DNA of 64,000 nucleotides from Eledone cirrhosa (Eukaryota): NCBI GenBank assembly GCA_964016885.1, contig OZ024760.1, positions 32,860,001 to 32,924,000 of the forward strand, read 5' to 3'. Shown piece by piece: positions 63,701 to 64,000 of this stretch (position 1 is its first letter; each line of letters starts with the position of its first letter). The notes under the pieces were generated by a model. It saw only the letters and a program-made list of their open reading frames with translations, ran no database searches and was not told where the DNA came from. The position numbers and the translations under genes were made by a program.

Positions 63701-64000
63701 ACCAACAGACTGGTCATCTGACCAACAGATTGTTCTTCTCACCAACAGACTGGTCATCGGACACACAGACAGGTCATCTGACCAACAGACTGGTCATCTG
63801 ACAAACAGACTGGTCATCTGACCAACAGACTGGTCATCTGACCAACAGACTGGTTATCTGACGAACAGACTGGTCATCTCACCAACAGAATGGTCATCTG
63901 ACCAACAGACTGGTCATCTCACCCACTGACTGGTCATCTCACCAACAGACTGGTCACCTGACAAACAGACCGGTCATCTGACCAACAGAATAGTCATCTG
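48752..64000 (+). repeat. 20-bp satellite array (accaacagactggtcatctg/c), ~760 units, runs off the window
   Basis: Constant 20-bp register over 15.2 kb, substitution variants only. Confidence 0.98.

Noticed and set aside
48752-64000. CRISPR array or coding repeat (ORFs at 53650, 55730, 59270)
   Set aside because: There are no unique spacers and no cas genes, and the context is eukaryotic. The ORFs are chance stop-free runs of the satellite.

Overview
AT-rich, microsatellite-laden animal DNA. The SINE families and repeat landscape suggest an octopod cephalopod (inference). I assembled two spliced host genes by hand. (1) On the + strand, a 3-exon, 234-aa secreted cysteine-rich protein (9293-12904) with Argos/giant-lens (scoloptoxin-11-like) cysteine spacing. 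(2) On the - strand, a 9-exon, 309-aa type-I ER membrane thioredoxin-fold protein (47706-19397), CG11790-like, with no CxxC and a KxKxx tail. Transposons fill the introns and flanks: a decayed Tx1/L1 LINE in a (TATC)n tract, three RTE LINE copies (one with an uninterrupted 1022-aa ORF), two SINE families, non-autonomous Helitrons, a DD37D maT remnant, MITEs, and a split Penelope-like (Naiad-type) element with an inverted terminus. The most striking feature the ORF track cannot show is a set of minimal type I hammerhead ribozymes in three distinct repeat families. One family is a ~435-bp tandem-plus-inverted retrozyme-like element nested in the Penelope-like element. The last 15.2 kb is a 20-bp satellite with no visible loss of register and ~3-kb higher-order duplications.
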